From Paramecium tetraurelia (Eukaryota), in assembly GCA_000165425.1 (NCBI GenBank), contig CT868008.1:1-64000 (forward strand): DNA of 64,000 bases, given 5' to 3'. Below, in pieces: positions 38,028-51,200 of the stretch. The notes below the pieces were generated by a model. That model saw only the letters and a list, made by a program, of their open reading frames with translations, ran no database searches and was not told where the DNA came from. The stretch's first letter is position 1; every line of letters begins with the position of its first letter. A program made the position numbers and the translations under genes.

Positions 38028-38776
38028 TTTGAATTATTTAACGATTAAAAAATTTCTGAATTTTATAACTAATTATTTTATAAAATATTTCTTTATTATT
38101 CAAAAATCTTTCTAAATATCTAAATACTTTTGATTCACTTAAATGAATAATTTGATTGTTGTAGCAGATTTAAATCAGGATTTGTTTACAATCTAAAATT
38201 ACTAAATGTTGTTGTTGATCTCAATTTGTGTTCGTAGATAAATTATATCTCCTGCTATAATAATCTTTTCTCTATTTTATAATTACCTATGTCTATATGT
38301 ATTTTAATCATATTATATATTTTATCATTTTCGTAAACTGATGTTTCACACTTTATTTGATAAATTTTATTTTGTATTTATTCTTTTCTTTAAATATCAA
38401 TCTATCACATAATAACATAGTTTTGATTATATCTAAGTTAATTACACCTATGATAATATTCTGATTTTCAAAATAATCCTATTAATATTATTATTTCATT
38501 TGATTTTTGATTTTCTTAAAATGAATCAAAAAATAAATCAAATTCTTATAAAATGTTACTTATTTTATAATAGGAATTTAGGAGCAAAATGTTATGGTTA
38601 AATGTCTGTATTTAATAAATTATAATTATTTTGTAAACAACAGTAACTCAATATATTATGAATCTAATTTCTTATAAATCAGTAGATATGGATAGAAGGG
38701 TATTATTTTGTTAATAAATTTTATTTAATATTTTAACGATAAGAATTAAAAAGTAGGCATTTTAATTAGAAAACGA

Positions 38777-39159
38777 TCATATATATTTATTAATTCTAAT
38801 TCTAAATTTTTTGGGTGTTTGGTAGGTTCTTTCATAATTACGCAAACCTCTTAAGAAGGAAGTATTAGAGAGTTCAGAATCTTAACTAAAAGTTATATAT
38901 AATTTTACGAAATGTAAAGATCTCTTCCAGTTCCATTATTATGATAATGAATCATTTTTGTGTTGTTACTGATACTTCTGCTGTTTCTCCTTTGAGGAGT
39001 TACACTATGATATTTTTATTGGCTGTAGGTTGGAATAGTTTTAAGAGTTCCGCCATTATTAAATGAGATATACATATCTCTGCCTAATTTAGAAATGAAA
39101 GAACGAATACCAGTGCCATCTATTTGATATGTTGCATATTTCGGTTAAATAGTGCTCAT
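38777..39159 (-). CDS. Small protein with two GTGRDxYI repeats
   Basis: MSTIQPKYATYQIDGTGRDMYISFNNGG...HYHNNGTGRDLYIS; two tiny introns. Confidence 0.8.
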
Positions 39160-39185
39160 GGTGAACCAAAATTAAAAATTAATTA

Positions 39186-40399
39186 ATGAATTAAGAGAAA
39201 GAATGGAATCTAGATAGTTGGAAGAAATATCCAGCATTGCAATAGCCATTATATTAGGATCTTCATTTCTAGTAATCAGATCTAATATAATAGTTAGGAG
39301 ACTCTATAAAAATTAAGAAAACTTCCTGGAATCTTAAATTTTGAAGAGATAAATAAATTCAAGAATGAGATGATAAAGGTTAGCTAAGGAGATAAATTTG
39401 TCTTGCAATTAGGAGACTGTGCAGAAGTATATAATGAATGCACGGAAGAACATTGGAAGGAGAAATTTAGCTTTTATGATGTATAACATATAAATATGTA
39501 GAGTATGGGTTAAATTCTAAATGCGATAGTAATTGGAAGAACTTGTGGATAATTTGCGAAACCCAGGACCTAATTACACGAAAAGGATGGAACATTAAAT
39601 TATAGAGGAGATTTAATAAATTCATTGAGTAGAGATGAAAGAGATCCTGATCCTTTGAGATTACTATTAGGTGCGCATTACTCAAAAAAGGGCATAGACA
39701 CACTTCGTAAATATGAGGGTAAATAATTATGGGTTTCTCATGAATGTTTGCATATAGGATATGAATCTGCATTTGCAAGATAACATGAGGAAGACCATTA
39801 TTATCTATCAAATACTCATTTCCCTTGGATTGGGGACAGAACTAGATTGTGTGAGCATGCACATTCTAATTTTGCAAAGGGAATTTACAATCCTATTGGA
39901 ATCAAGGTATTCTATTTATTAACAGTAGATTGGATCAAGTATAAATAAAAATGAGTTTGTTAATCTAATTAAATTGTTGAATCCAAAGAATGAAGATGGA
40001 AGAGTGTTTGCCATTATAAGATTAGGAAAGAATAAATTAGATAAATTAAAAGATATTATTAATTGGAAACATGAAGAAAAATTAAATGTCTCCTTCTTCC
40101 TAGATCCTATGCATGGTAATAGTCTAGAATAGAATGGCTATAAAATCAGAAGAATTGAAGATATTATGTTTGAAATTCAATAGTTTTTTAATATACTTGA
40201 ATAAAGCAATGAAAAACCAGCAGGATTACATTTGGAATGCACTCCGTATGATGTAAGTGAATGCGTTGAAAATGATGAGGAAATAGATCCCAAAAAGTAT
40301 ACTACTGCTTGTGATGCCAGATTGAATTTTAGACAAACAAGAAAAATAGTCATTTTTGTTAATACTCTTTTAAAAAAGCTTAAGAAAAAGTAATAATGA
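39186..40399 (+). CDS. Class II DAHP synthase (3-deoxy-D-arabino-heptulosonate 7-phosphate synthase), short form
   Basis: WNLDSWKKYPALQQPLY; LQLGDCAE; GRTCGQFAKPRT; YRGDLIN; PDPLRL; WVSHECL; HFPWIGDRTR; NPIGIKIG; DPMHGN; GLHLECT; YTTACDARLN; 2-3 tiny introns. Confidence 0.95.
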
Positions 40400-40509
40400 A
40401 TATTATTTTATTTATCTATATATGTATATGAATAATAAAGATAAATATGATATTAAAATTGGATAGAATAATACTCATAAGCAAGATACTATTACAAGTA
40501 GATGACCAC

Positions 40510-42098
40510 TCATAATGCATCCATAATTAATCCAACTCTTTATCCGAAATCAGAGTTTTTAATTCTTTGAATTAGATCTGGATATTATTTCAATAAGCTT
40601 TTGAAATACTACACTGATGGATCTCCACTGATCAATACCTTTTTCATAACATAATTGCCAAAAGGATTGATAGACAAATTGTAAAATACAAATCTAACAT
40701 ACAATAACAGAATTACTAATCATTTGAAATTGAACATAAAATTGTAATAATTTAATTCGGCCCCATAATATCGATGTATTTTTCCACAGTGTTGCTTCCA
40801 AATTTATTTATACTTAGTTATTCAAAGTTATCCTTAATAATCGAACAAATGATTTATTTCTCTTTTGGAGGTCCACTCTTTAATAGATACTAAATGATAT
40901 AATTTCCAAATTCCTAATAACATAATTGAGACGCAAGAGTCATCAAGATGTCCAGAATTCTTTAGGTTTATTCTATTGGATATAACTCTAAAACCTTCTA
41001 AATGACTCTGCATCCATAAGTTTGTTTTGACATAAATTATAACTAAAATTATTAGATAACAAGTTACCGAATCTTCTATGTATGGAATCATAAAAATTAG
41101 CTAATTCTTGTTAAACAACTCAAAGCAAGAAAGAATGACGTAATTGCCATTGGAATCATTTAATAATTGATTTATCTGGGGGTACATAATTTATAAAAAT
41201 ATGTCTACTAACTAGGTATGATCTCTTTTAAATAGTTATTGAAATACTTTATAAATTCCATCATTTTCTAGACCACTCTACATGCATATTAATTTTTTGA
41301 TAAATCAAAGATTTGATTAATTAGCAGATTATACATTCGTTGTTTCTAATCTTGAGTTCCAACCTCGAAAATCTTTTAAACTGTGTAATTTCCAAACATA
41401 TCTTTCGAAGCCTTCAAACATATCTTTTCAACTTGATTGAAAATCACTCTTTTTGCATTGATATCATTGCCATCCAAAATATTCTAAAGTTTCCTGTTGA
41501 TTAATTAATTCCCACAGATTTATTCCTTTATTTTTAAATATTAACAATTTACAAGGTCTGTTTGGCTTAAGGATAATTTACTCTCTATGCACTAATCACT
41601 CGTGAATACCAAAGAAGAGTTTTAATATTCGATTGGTTGCATAGTATGATGCTTCTTAGTCGATTGTTTTCTTTGTAACTAACCAAAGGAATCAAAGGCT
41701 ACAAACACTTGAATTGATTTATACATTAGAAATGATCGATTGAAGAAGTATTATTATCCTAATCAGCAGTTTATTGTAAAGCACTAGAAAGGTTAAGACT
41801 AACTAAATATTTGATTATAATTATATATATACATTTCTATTGATGTTTAAGTCTAGAAAAATATTCGTTATTTCTACTGCGATTAATATCCTGTTGATAA
41901 TATGCTTGCATTTGAAGTCTGAAATTCTTAATGTTTTGGATGTATTTGAGGATCGAATTCTTTTGATTTCAAGGATAAGTTCTTTCTTGCCTTTTTGAGA
42001 ACGATTTCTTGTTTGTCATCTTAATCTACAATAACGAATTCATCATTACCACTTAATATGGATCCTATCAAGTCTTTCTCTTCACTTTAAGAAGCCAT
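40510..42098 (-). CDS. Pumilio/PUF-family RNA-binding protein
   Basis: Repeated PUF motifs: DMFGNYTVQK, DSNGNYVILSC, NKFGSNTVEK, NPFGNYVMKK. Confidence 0.9.
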
Positions 42099-42503
42099 AT
42101 TAATTAAAATTTTGTTTATCACGTGATTAATTATAATATCATATAATGAATGTTCAAATCTAACTAAATTCATTAAAAAACAATACTTTAAATATATTAT
42201 ATATTATATTTAAGATACATTATAAATTAATATTAATTCAATTTAATAGATTGGATCAACTTTATGATCTCCTTATTTGAGTATTCAAATAACTCTCAAT
42301 TTAAAACAACAGCCAATAAATCGTAAATAATCATCAATTTAATTTGAAGGAAAACAGAGTGTCCCTTTTACGGGTTGATAATCCCCAAATTCTTTAAAGC
42401 CATCCACTAATATATATATATAATTTAAAAAGACCTAAAATTGGTAAGTGTATTAGTATTTTAAATATTAACAATACAAATAAATATTTGAATTTTAAAT
42501 TTT

Positions 42504-45240
42504 ATGAATAAGGGACCAAGAGCAGTATAATTAATATCAGTAGATGAAAATAAGTGTAATAATATCAATAATATCATCAGAACTTAAGTTAGAATAAGAA
42601 GCAATTGAAATTATCTAATCATTCACAGATAAGTGCAAGAATTTTGCAGTTGTAGTGGTTGTGGGCAAATATAGAACAGGGAAGAGTTATCTAATTAACT
42701 AAGTGCTGTTACAATAGAATCAAGGATTCAATGTGGGAAGTACAGTCAATGCCTGCACAAAAGTATCAAAAGGATATAAAATATCAATAGGGATTATGGA
42801 TGTGGAGTGACATTATCTATTTCGAATCTGGAAGATCAAAAGAACCTATACCTGCGATTTTGATAGATACAGAAGGTATAGGTTCATTGGAAGAAGAGTA
42901 GAATCATGATGTTAAAATATTTCTATTGGCAATGTTGATGAGCTCATATTTCATTTATAATAGTGTTGGAACTATAGATGATATGGCATTATAAAATTTG
43001 GGATTAATAGTATAGCTTTATAAAATAATCAATAGGTTAATCTAACAAAAATGCTATAAAAAACAGATGAATCAACTTAGAAGGATCTCTTTGAGACATT
43101 TCCTTCATTTTTATGGATTCTTAGGGATTTTACATTGCGATTAGAAGATGAATTTGGAAACAAAATTACACCCAAGGATTATTTGGAAAATGCATTGAAA
43201 CCATTAAAAGGGTTTAGTGAAACAATAGAAAATAAGAATAAAATAAGAAGACACATAACATAGTTTTTTTAAGAACGAGATTGTATGACCCTTGTGAGAC
43301 CCACTTAAGATGAAAAAGATTTATAGCATTTATCTTCGTTGAAATTTACAGAATTAAGAACTGAATTTTAAGAACAATTAACTGCCTTAAGAAAGAAGTT
43401 TTCTTATAAGATTTCATTAAAATAATACAAAGGAAAACCAACTACACCTTTTAGTTTTGTTGAAATGTGCAAGTAATTCTTATTATTAGTATTTTAGACA
43501 TTTTGTGAATACAATCAATGAAGGTAATATGCCAGTTATTGAAACACAATGGTAAATGATATGCAAACAGGAATTGAATAGAACACTCATAGGGGGCTTG
43601 AAAATTTATAAAGACAGCATAGATGAATTATTACAATAGAATGGAGTCTCATAGGAATAGTTGGAAAAATCACATCATATTGTATTATAACCTATTTATT
43701 TGTAGTTTGTGAGAAAAGTTAAATATTATTTGGAGAACAATTGTTTAGACAAAGAAAGTGAGGAATTCAGTACAGCTAAGAAAATGATTAAGTAATAGAT
43801 TTAAGAATTATATGTTGATGCATAATAAAGATTGAATAAGAAACATGAAGAATAATTGGAAGAAATTAAGATACAATTTTTAAATAAACTAAATGAACAA
43901 TAGTAATAAGAGAACATTTGGGAATTGGTAGTTGAATTGAATTAGAAATAAACCATGATTTGGAATAGCGGAGCCAATCAAAATTTATAGATTGATTATA
44001 TTCAATAGATACAATAAAATGTAATGAATAAGATTTAATATGAATTCAAAAAATTATCATTGTAATTGAAGTAATACCAAATTTATATTTAAGATAATAA
44101 TGTGACAATGGAAATTAGATATAAGAGGATATTAAGGAGTAGAAACAGAGATACAAGAAATAGGAGGCTGATTTATATGAAAAGATTACTTAAATGGAAA
44201 AGGATAAGAATCAATTAAGAGTTGAATTAGAATCTGAAAAAAATAAGAATTTGAGATAATAATAACAAATTTTATAATCTTAAACAACTGTTGATAATAA
44301 GGTAAGTGAATATATGAATAAATTGAAATAAATTGAAAGGTCATACAATGATCAACTGAATGAGAAGGATGTTCTCATTTAGAATTCAGAATTAAAATAA
44401 AAACAATATCAAAATGAATTAGATAAAGTTAAAGCTCTATAAAAACAATAAGATAATCTAAATCAATAAGAAATAGCTAATTTAAGAAGGGAAATTGAAA
44501 GATTGAAGGATGAGATTTCAGATAAATCAGAGACTATTACTAAATTAAAATAAAGCTTAGCAGAAACAGAAAATGTTTCGTAATATTCATCTTTACAACC
44601 AAGTAGAAGAATTAAAAATTAAGATGAACATAACACATCTACTTTTAATAAGGATCTTTATGAATATTAAATTTCAACTTTATAAGCATAATTAGATGAA
44701 TAAAAGAAATTAACTTAAAATCTATTTGATGCTTTCAATAGTTAAAATAATTTATAAAGGTCAATTTATGATAATATGTCATAATCTCAAAATATGATGA
44801 ATAATAATAAATTATATCAATTTTTAAATGTGATTCATTAATTAATTGGATAGTTTGTAGGAAAAACAGATGAAAGAGAAGGAAAGGACTTTAAATCATT
44901 GATTCAAAAATTATTCAATCTATTTGAGGATAATGATAATAGTTTCATCAACAATAATTTAACTGATAGACCAAAATTAAAGAATAGTGAAAGTTAAAGA
45001 ATTGAAAAGACTATGTCCTCTGAATCTCCAAAAAATTCAAATCTCAGCAATTGTTAGAATATTAATCCTTTTAGATCTCCAGACTAACCAAAATATTAAA
45101 ATACTAAAATGACAATTATGTAAATGTTCATGTAACACAAAAATAAAGAGAAAGATTAAGAAAAATTGAGAAAGAGTGCATAATTGGAAAATGTATTAAA
45201 AAATAGAAATAATATGCATGTTCAAAGAAAAATGTGTTGA
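42504..45240 (+). CDS. Guanylate-binding protein (GBP/GB1-RHD3) GTPase with long coiled-coil tail
   Basis: VGKYRTGKSYL, STVNACTKGLWMW, LIDTEGIGS, FPSFLWILRDF; several introns. Confidence 0.92.
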
Positions 45241-45534
45241 TTTTAATTAGTGCAATCATCTATTATTATAAATTAACATAAAGATATTATTAGTGAAATA
45301 TATGATGAGATTACTCAAAGTCATATCTAACATTATTTGAATAATATCTAGATTAAAAATGTTATAATAAATGAGTCTTCATTATTTCTAATATATTAAT
45401 TAATCAAAATAATGTAAAAAAAAGACTTAATTTTCTAGATTACATTAGGATGCAAAATTGTTAAATGATTATGATTCACAAATATAAATCATTTAATAAA
45501 TTTATAAAATAACTTAATTTATTTCCGGTTGACA

Positions 45535-46885
45535 ATGCAATTTTTAACTAGGAACGTTCTAAAAACATTCACAAATGTACCCTTTCATAGATTTTCATCT
45601 AAGAAAGATCTTTATGGTAATCTATATTAATTTAAAACTAGAACTATTGGGTGTACCTAGAAATGCTTCCTAAAATGACATTAAGAAAGCTTATTATGGA
45701 TTGGCAAAGAAATACCATCCAGATGCAAATCCATCCAAAGATGCAAAGGAAAAGTTTGCAGAAATTAACAAGTATCATTTGAGTATATGAATTAGTGCAT
45801 ATGAAACATTATCAGATGATAATAAAAGGAAGGTTTATGATTAAGTGGGAATGACTGGAGATGAGTAGGATTAGGCTGGAGCTTAGGATCCATTTGCAGC
45901 ATATAGTAGCTTTTTTAGGCAAGGAGCAAGAGGAGGCAGAGCATAAGATTTCTAATTCGATGAATCTATCTTTGGTGATTTTGCATCTTTCTTCAATATG
46001 GGAGGAGAATCAGAAAGATAAATAAAAGGAGCAGATATTTTTATCTAATTGGAAATATCATTTATGGATAGTGTAAATGGGGCATAATAGACAATACAAT
46101 TTGAGAAGATTGGAGTATGTTCTACTTGTAATGGAACCAAATGCAAACCAGGAACAGCACCAGGAAGATGCACTAATTGTGGTGGTAGAGGTTCGATAAA
46201 TTACAGATAAGGAGCTATGACAATATAAATGGCTTGTACTAAATGTAGAGGAACTGGAGTCTCAATCAAGAATCCCTGTAATTTTGATTAATATTACATA
46301 GGTACAACTTGCAAAGGAGCTGGAATATAGAAGTAAGCTACGTCTGAAGCTGTGAATATTCCAAAGGGCATAGCTGATGGATAGAATTTAAGAGTGACTG
46401 GCAAAGGAAATATTGGAGAAAATGGAGGCAAGGCTGGAGATTTGATACTTAAAGTATAGGTTAAGCCAGATTCATATTACAAAAGAGATGGATATGATTT
46501 AATCACTAATGCCTATATTTCTGTTGCTTAGGCTGTGCTAGGAGATTAAGTTAAGATCAAAACACTTAATGGAGAATAGCAAATAAATATAAAACCAGGT
46601 AGCTAAGATGGGGAAAAAGTTAGATTAAGTGGATTAGTAATATACTTATTTAATTTTAGGGAATTACTAAATTGGCACCCAATTCTAATCAAAGAGGTGA
46701 TTAGGTTGTAAATCTGAAAATTCAAATCCCTACAAAATTGACTGATCAATAAAAATAACTATTTGAAGAATTAGCAAAAGTATGGTTATTATATAATTTT
46801 ATAGTTAGAAAAAGTTGAAACACAAGGGTAATCATCAGCTCATGAGGGTGTCTTTGAAAAGGTTAAGAATATTTTCCATAAATGA
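45535..46885 (+). CDS. Mitochondrial type I DnaJ/Hsp40 (Mdj1/DNAJA3-like)
   Basis: Presequence-like N-term [12 protein letters not shown]...RFSS; J domain KKYHPD; G/F region; four CxxCxGxG-type motifs; C-terminal domain. Confidence 0.92.
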
Positions 46886-46929
46886 AATCCATATTCCAGT
46901 TGTTTATAAAACCACTTATTTATTATTTT

Positions 46930-48079
46930 ATGTTAAATATTAATACTCAAGGAGAAAAACTAAAATAAAGTGCCAATTATATAAAAGTATCATTTAATCT
47001 TCATCCATAGGCTCTGTAAAAAGAAGTCAGTGAATTAAAAGAAAAAATCAACAATCTTGAATTTGAACTATCAACTCTTAAATTCCTAGAATAGTACATT
47101 TAACATGAGATACCAAAACAAGACGAAATCAATGAAGATAGGGTATTTTATTAACTGAATTTAGGAAAGAGAGAAGCAGGAAGTATAATCTAAACTAAAC
47201 AAGTTGCTTAAAGAAATTTAAGACTTGAAAGATTCTAATTCAGATTTGCAATCCTAATTAAAGGCTAAGGATTAATAAAAATTAGAAATAATTGAAAAAA
47301 ATAAATCAGAGCTATCAAAAAAGCAATAGGATTTTGAAAAATGCCAAGCTGAATTAGAGGCTAAAAATAAGTTATTTGATGAAATGAAAAAAAAAGAAGA
47401 GGAAAATTACACTATAATTCAAGAAGGTTCTGCAACTAATTCACCTATTAATGAAAGAAAAATGCATGATATTCAAAAATATTAAATCGAAAATTAAAGA
47501 TTAAAAAATGAATTCCAATAATTGAAAAAAGAATATGATAATTTAACTAATATTTTTAATGATTTAGTTAAAGAAAGGCATAAATAAGATGAAGATAATC
47601 AATAATCTGTAAGAGATTGGAAAACTAAATATGATTAAATAGCCAAACTACGAGATTCGGATAAAGAGAGTTTCTAATCTTAATTAGAGGAGAAAACTAA
47701 AGTCATAGCCAATCTTTAATAAAAGTTATATTAAATCTAAAAGGAAACTAGTACAAAAGAAACATAGACTCGTTTCTTAAAAAGATAAAAGGAATTGTAT
47801 AAATTCATATTATTTCTAAGGTCACTTTCATTTTAATGTGATGATGAGCAACTAGACCTATTAGATCAAACATTAGAAACCATTTCTAATAGTTCTATTT
47901 AATAAATTATTACCATGTGTTAAACATAGGGTTAATAAAATACTTTATTAAGGGAGCTAAAAAGAATAATAGAAGAAACAATTAACATCGTACATCAAAA
48001 ATTAGCCACCTCTTTACCTTCAATTATTAAAACATGTTGCGAGGTGAAAGATTCCTCTTCAATTTAATTGTTATAATGA
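46930..48079 (+). CDS. Coiled-coil hypothetical protein
   Basis: MLNINTQGEKLKQSANYIKALQKEVSELKEKINNLEFEL...; several tiny introns. Confidence 0.7.
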
Positions 48080-48240
48080 TATATGTTGATAGATTTGTAT
48101 TTACTTTTGTAATTCAAATATAAATAATTTAACAAGGCATTATAGTAAGTTTATTAATAAAAAACATATTTTGATATTGAAAATTTGATATGAAAGATAT
48201 CGTACTATTTTATATATATTTATATATTGAATATAATTAA

Positions 48241-51200
48241 TCAATCGTTTTGGCTCAAAAATAATGCAACACCAGCTATGATTTTATCGTTCATTTGACC
48301 AGATTGAGGTAATTTAATTCTGCATAGTAATTTTTCTCTACTGGCATTTAAATAAATAGGGAAATCCTAGAAATTATAATAATATTAAATTACCCCTATT
48401 CCATTCTTTTCTGGTGACGATTTCTCTACATAAGAAATATTCAAAGAAGGTAGTTCGATAAATTCTGATGTTATTTTCATATCATCAACTAATTGACCAT
48501 TGGAGAATCCACACCCTTATAATAAGAGATTCTTTAATTTAACTACAAGAGGATGCTTAAGGTTATCAAAATCTGCTTATAATTTCAATTCATTTAATGG
48601 AATATTTAATTTTCTCGCTGTTTTTTATCTGAGTGCATTCATATAAATTTCAGGGTGGAATAACTCGCTTAAATCAACTTCTTCTAATTATTATTTTCTT
48701 TGTATCTTATCAATCCATAGTTTAATAGCATTGAGTTTCTTAATAAATATTTTCAACCATAAATTGATATCATCAGGACCTTCCCAGAAATTGCTCCATT
48801 TCTAAGGTACAATATCTTTGATAAATAATAATCCAACATCAATAATGTCACTAGTCAATAAACCATTATTGTATAAAACATTCTTCAATTTCTCAAAGGA
48901 ATGGTTAATAATCTAATAGAGATTCCAAGTCTATTAGGCTTCTAAATAAATAAATGATTCAATTGGATCCAATGACCCTAATTATTAATTTGTAACAGAG
49001 ATAGTATCCCTTATTTTCAATTGATCCCACATATTGATGAGAGGACTTAACAAATTAGTCCACAATTCTTTATCAAACTTGATTTCAGATCCAACTATAT
49101 TATTCATAGATTTCAAACCACTGACAACTCTTGATATTGTATATCGTTAAACTGCCTTATCAATATTATTAGGTAATCCAAAAAATTCAGGAACATCATT
49201 TTCAGGTAATTTATTAATTAAATTGACAAGATCTTTAACTTGATTAGTTTATGGTATTTATTGTCCAGTACTTAGAGTTCCATTTTGTAATTTATTTTAA
49301 TTGAAATAGGTTTCTAAATATGCTCTCAACACTTTGATATCCTATTCATTATCAACTCTTCCACCATAGATGGCATTTTCATATAATCCATATAAAGTTT
49401 ACCAAGAGATGGTTTAAGACTCTTATAATAGATTCTCAATTATTTAGACTCCTGCTTTATAGTCGGCATATGAAAATTCATAGAATTTACTCCAACCTTA
49501 TGGGATATAAGTTCTTCTTTCTTAAACCAAAGCGTGGAACCAAGTGAGTATGAACAGTAATTATGTTTAATAGACAGATTATTTATTATGTGTGGGCCAA
49601 CTGGTTATTATTCTTTATAAATTCTTTTTTAACCCTGGAGGTGCTTCATATGACACCTTATAACAAGTTTCAAGAAGTATAGATGGGAATTTCAGATGAG
49701 CTTCAGTTGTAAGCCACAATTTGAAATTTGGATGTGGCTTTAGTTGTTTTATGGTTTTTTCTAATAAAGGAAGGAAACTAATAACTAAATGCAAATTCTT
49801 TAAACATACCCACTAACCTTTTTGAGCAGCTTCTTTAATCAAAGTTAATGCTAATTCATTTTAATTACCTCCCATAGACATTTCTTAAAAGTTCTACTTT
49901 CCTATTTGTTATTCAGCAAATTCTTCTAGTTCCTTAGAAGGATCACTACCGGCAGAGACAACAAATAGACATGGAATTTAGGCTGTCAATTCTTCTTAAG
50001 CAACAATCTAGAAATTGAATGTCTGACCACTAACACTTGGTATACCTAAATTTAGACAGACAAATTCATTCAATGCACTTTAAACTCTTTCTGGTCTGAA
50101 TGTTTAGACAATAAGCACTTTTTAAAATGGTTTTAATTTAGTTGATTATGGGAAGTTTTTCTCGCATTCTTAATTATTATTCCATTATTCCCATTCACTA
50201 GAATTAAAATTGATATTTAATTTAAGATTCTATAACTATCCAAATATTTCCTTTCTATCTTAAGATGCCCATTTTGGAAGATGAGCACTGTCATTAGGTA
50301 TTTAATTACCAATCATAAATTGCCATTCCTCTTCCTCAATTAGTTCTGGTTTACATCCTTTTACCAAATGTAAGGCAAAGATTAATCTATCTTATTTGAA
50401 CAATGAACCAGCTATTTGATTGAAGATATTTCTCAATAAACTCTATCCAGCAAACTCTAATTTCTTTTGTTTTGAATCAAAATTCTCTTTGATTTCTAGA
50501 GTCTTTTAAAATATTTGAATAAAGTAGGCTAATGAATATTTATACATATTATTTAAATTCTATAGACTTTGAATAAGAATGAAGATTTAAGCACCTTTCT
50601 AGGATAATGGTCTATACACATCTCTTTATGTATCTAAATCTTCCTGTAATTTTGAGGATTCTTGTAAACTCTGGGCAATAACTTATGATTTTGATTTTGT
50701 TTAATTTAAACTATCAATCAATACTCTATTCTCTAAGATGTTTCCTTATGAATTTGCTAACTCATCTAAAAGAGTCTTCTCTAAATCAGCCAATTACATC
50801 TTTAGTTTTTCCTCATTTTCCAATAATTATTGTTTCTTCTATTCTAAATCTGGTTATTCAATATTAATGATAATACTAAGTAATTTGCCTTCCAAACCAC
50901 TTCTAGTGACAGTATAATTAATCACCTATACCAAAGATACAGTATGTGGAGGCAGATGAATTGAAGAATTTCTGGTTGTTAAATACATTACAAAACTTTC
51001 ATTAAAATCGACAGACTTCTCTCCAATCATAACCACCCATCTAGGACCTTAATGCAATAAATCTTTTCTTAATAATGGAATCAATAATCCTTCAATTTGA
51101 TCAATTTCTTAGATCACTATAGTTTTACCAAACCTAACTGCTAATTCTAGTTGATTATTGAATTTAGGATCTGTTTGATTTAATATTTCAGCCTATGATA

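Noticed and set aside
37288..38150. Apparent plus-strand multi-TM membrane protein
   Set aside because: Interrupted by TGA with no good start; the minus strand holds a cleaner ATG-initiated ORF
38930..39060. Possible box C/D snoRNA (ATGA.../CTGA elements)
   Set aside because: Fully explained by the spliced minus-strand GTGRD-repeat gene; no canonical C box with terminal stem
24479..42098. Three RNA-binding protein genes (PTB-like, TIS11-like, PUF) within 18 kb as a functional cluster
   Set aside because: Interspersed with unrelated genes; all are large families, so chance proximity is sufficient
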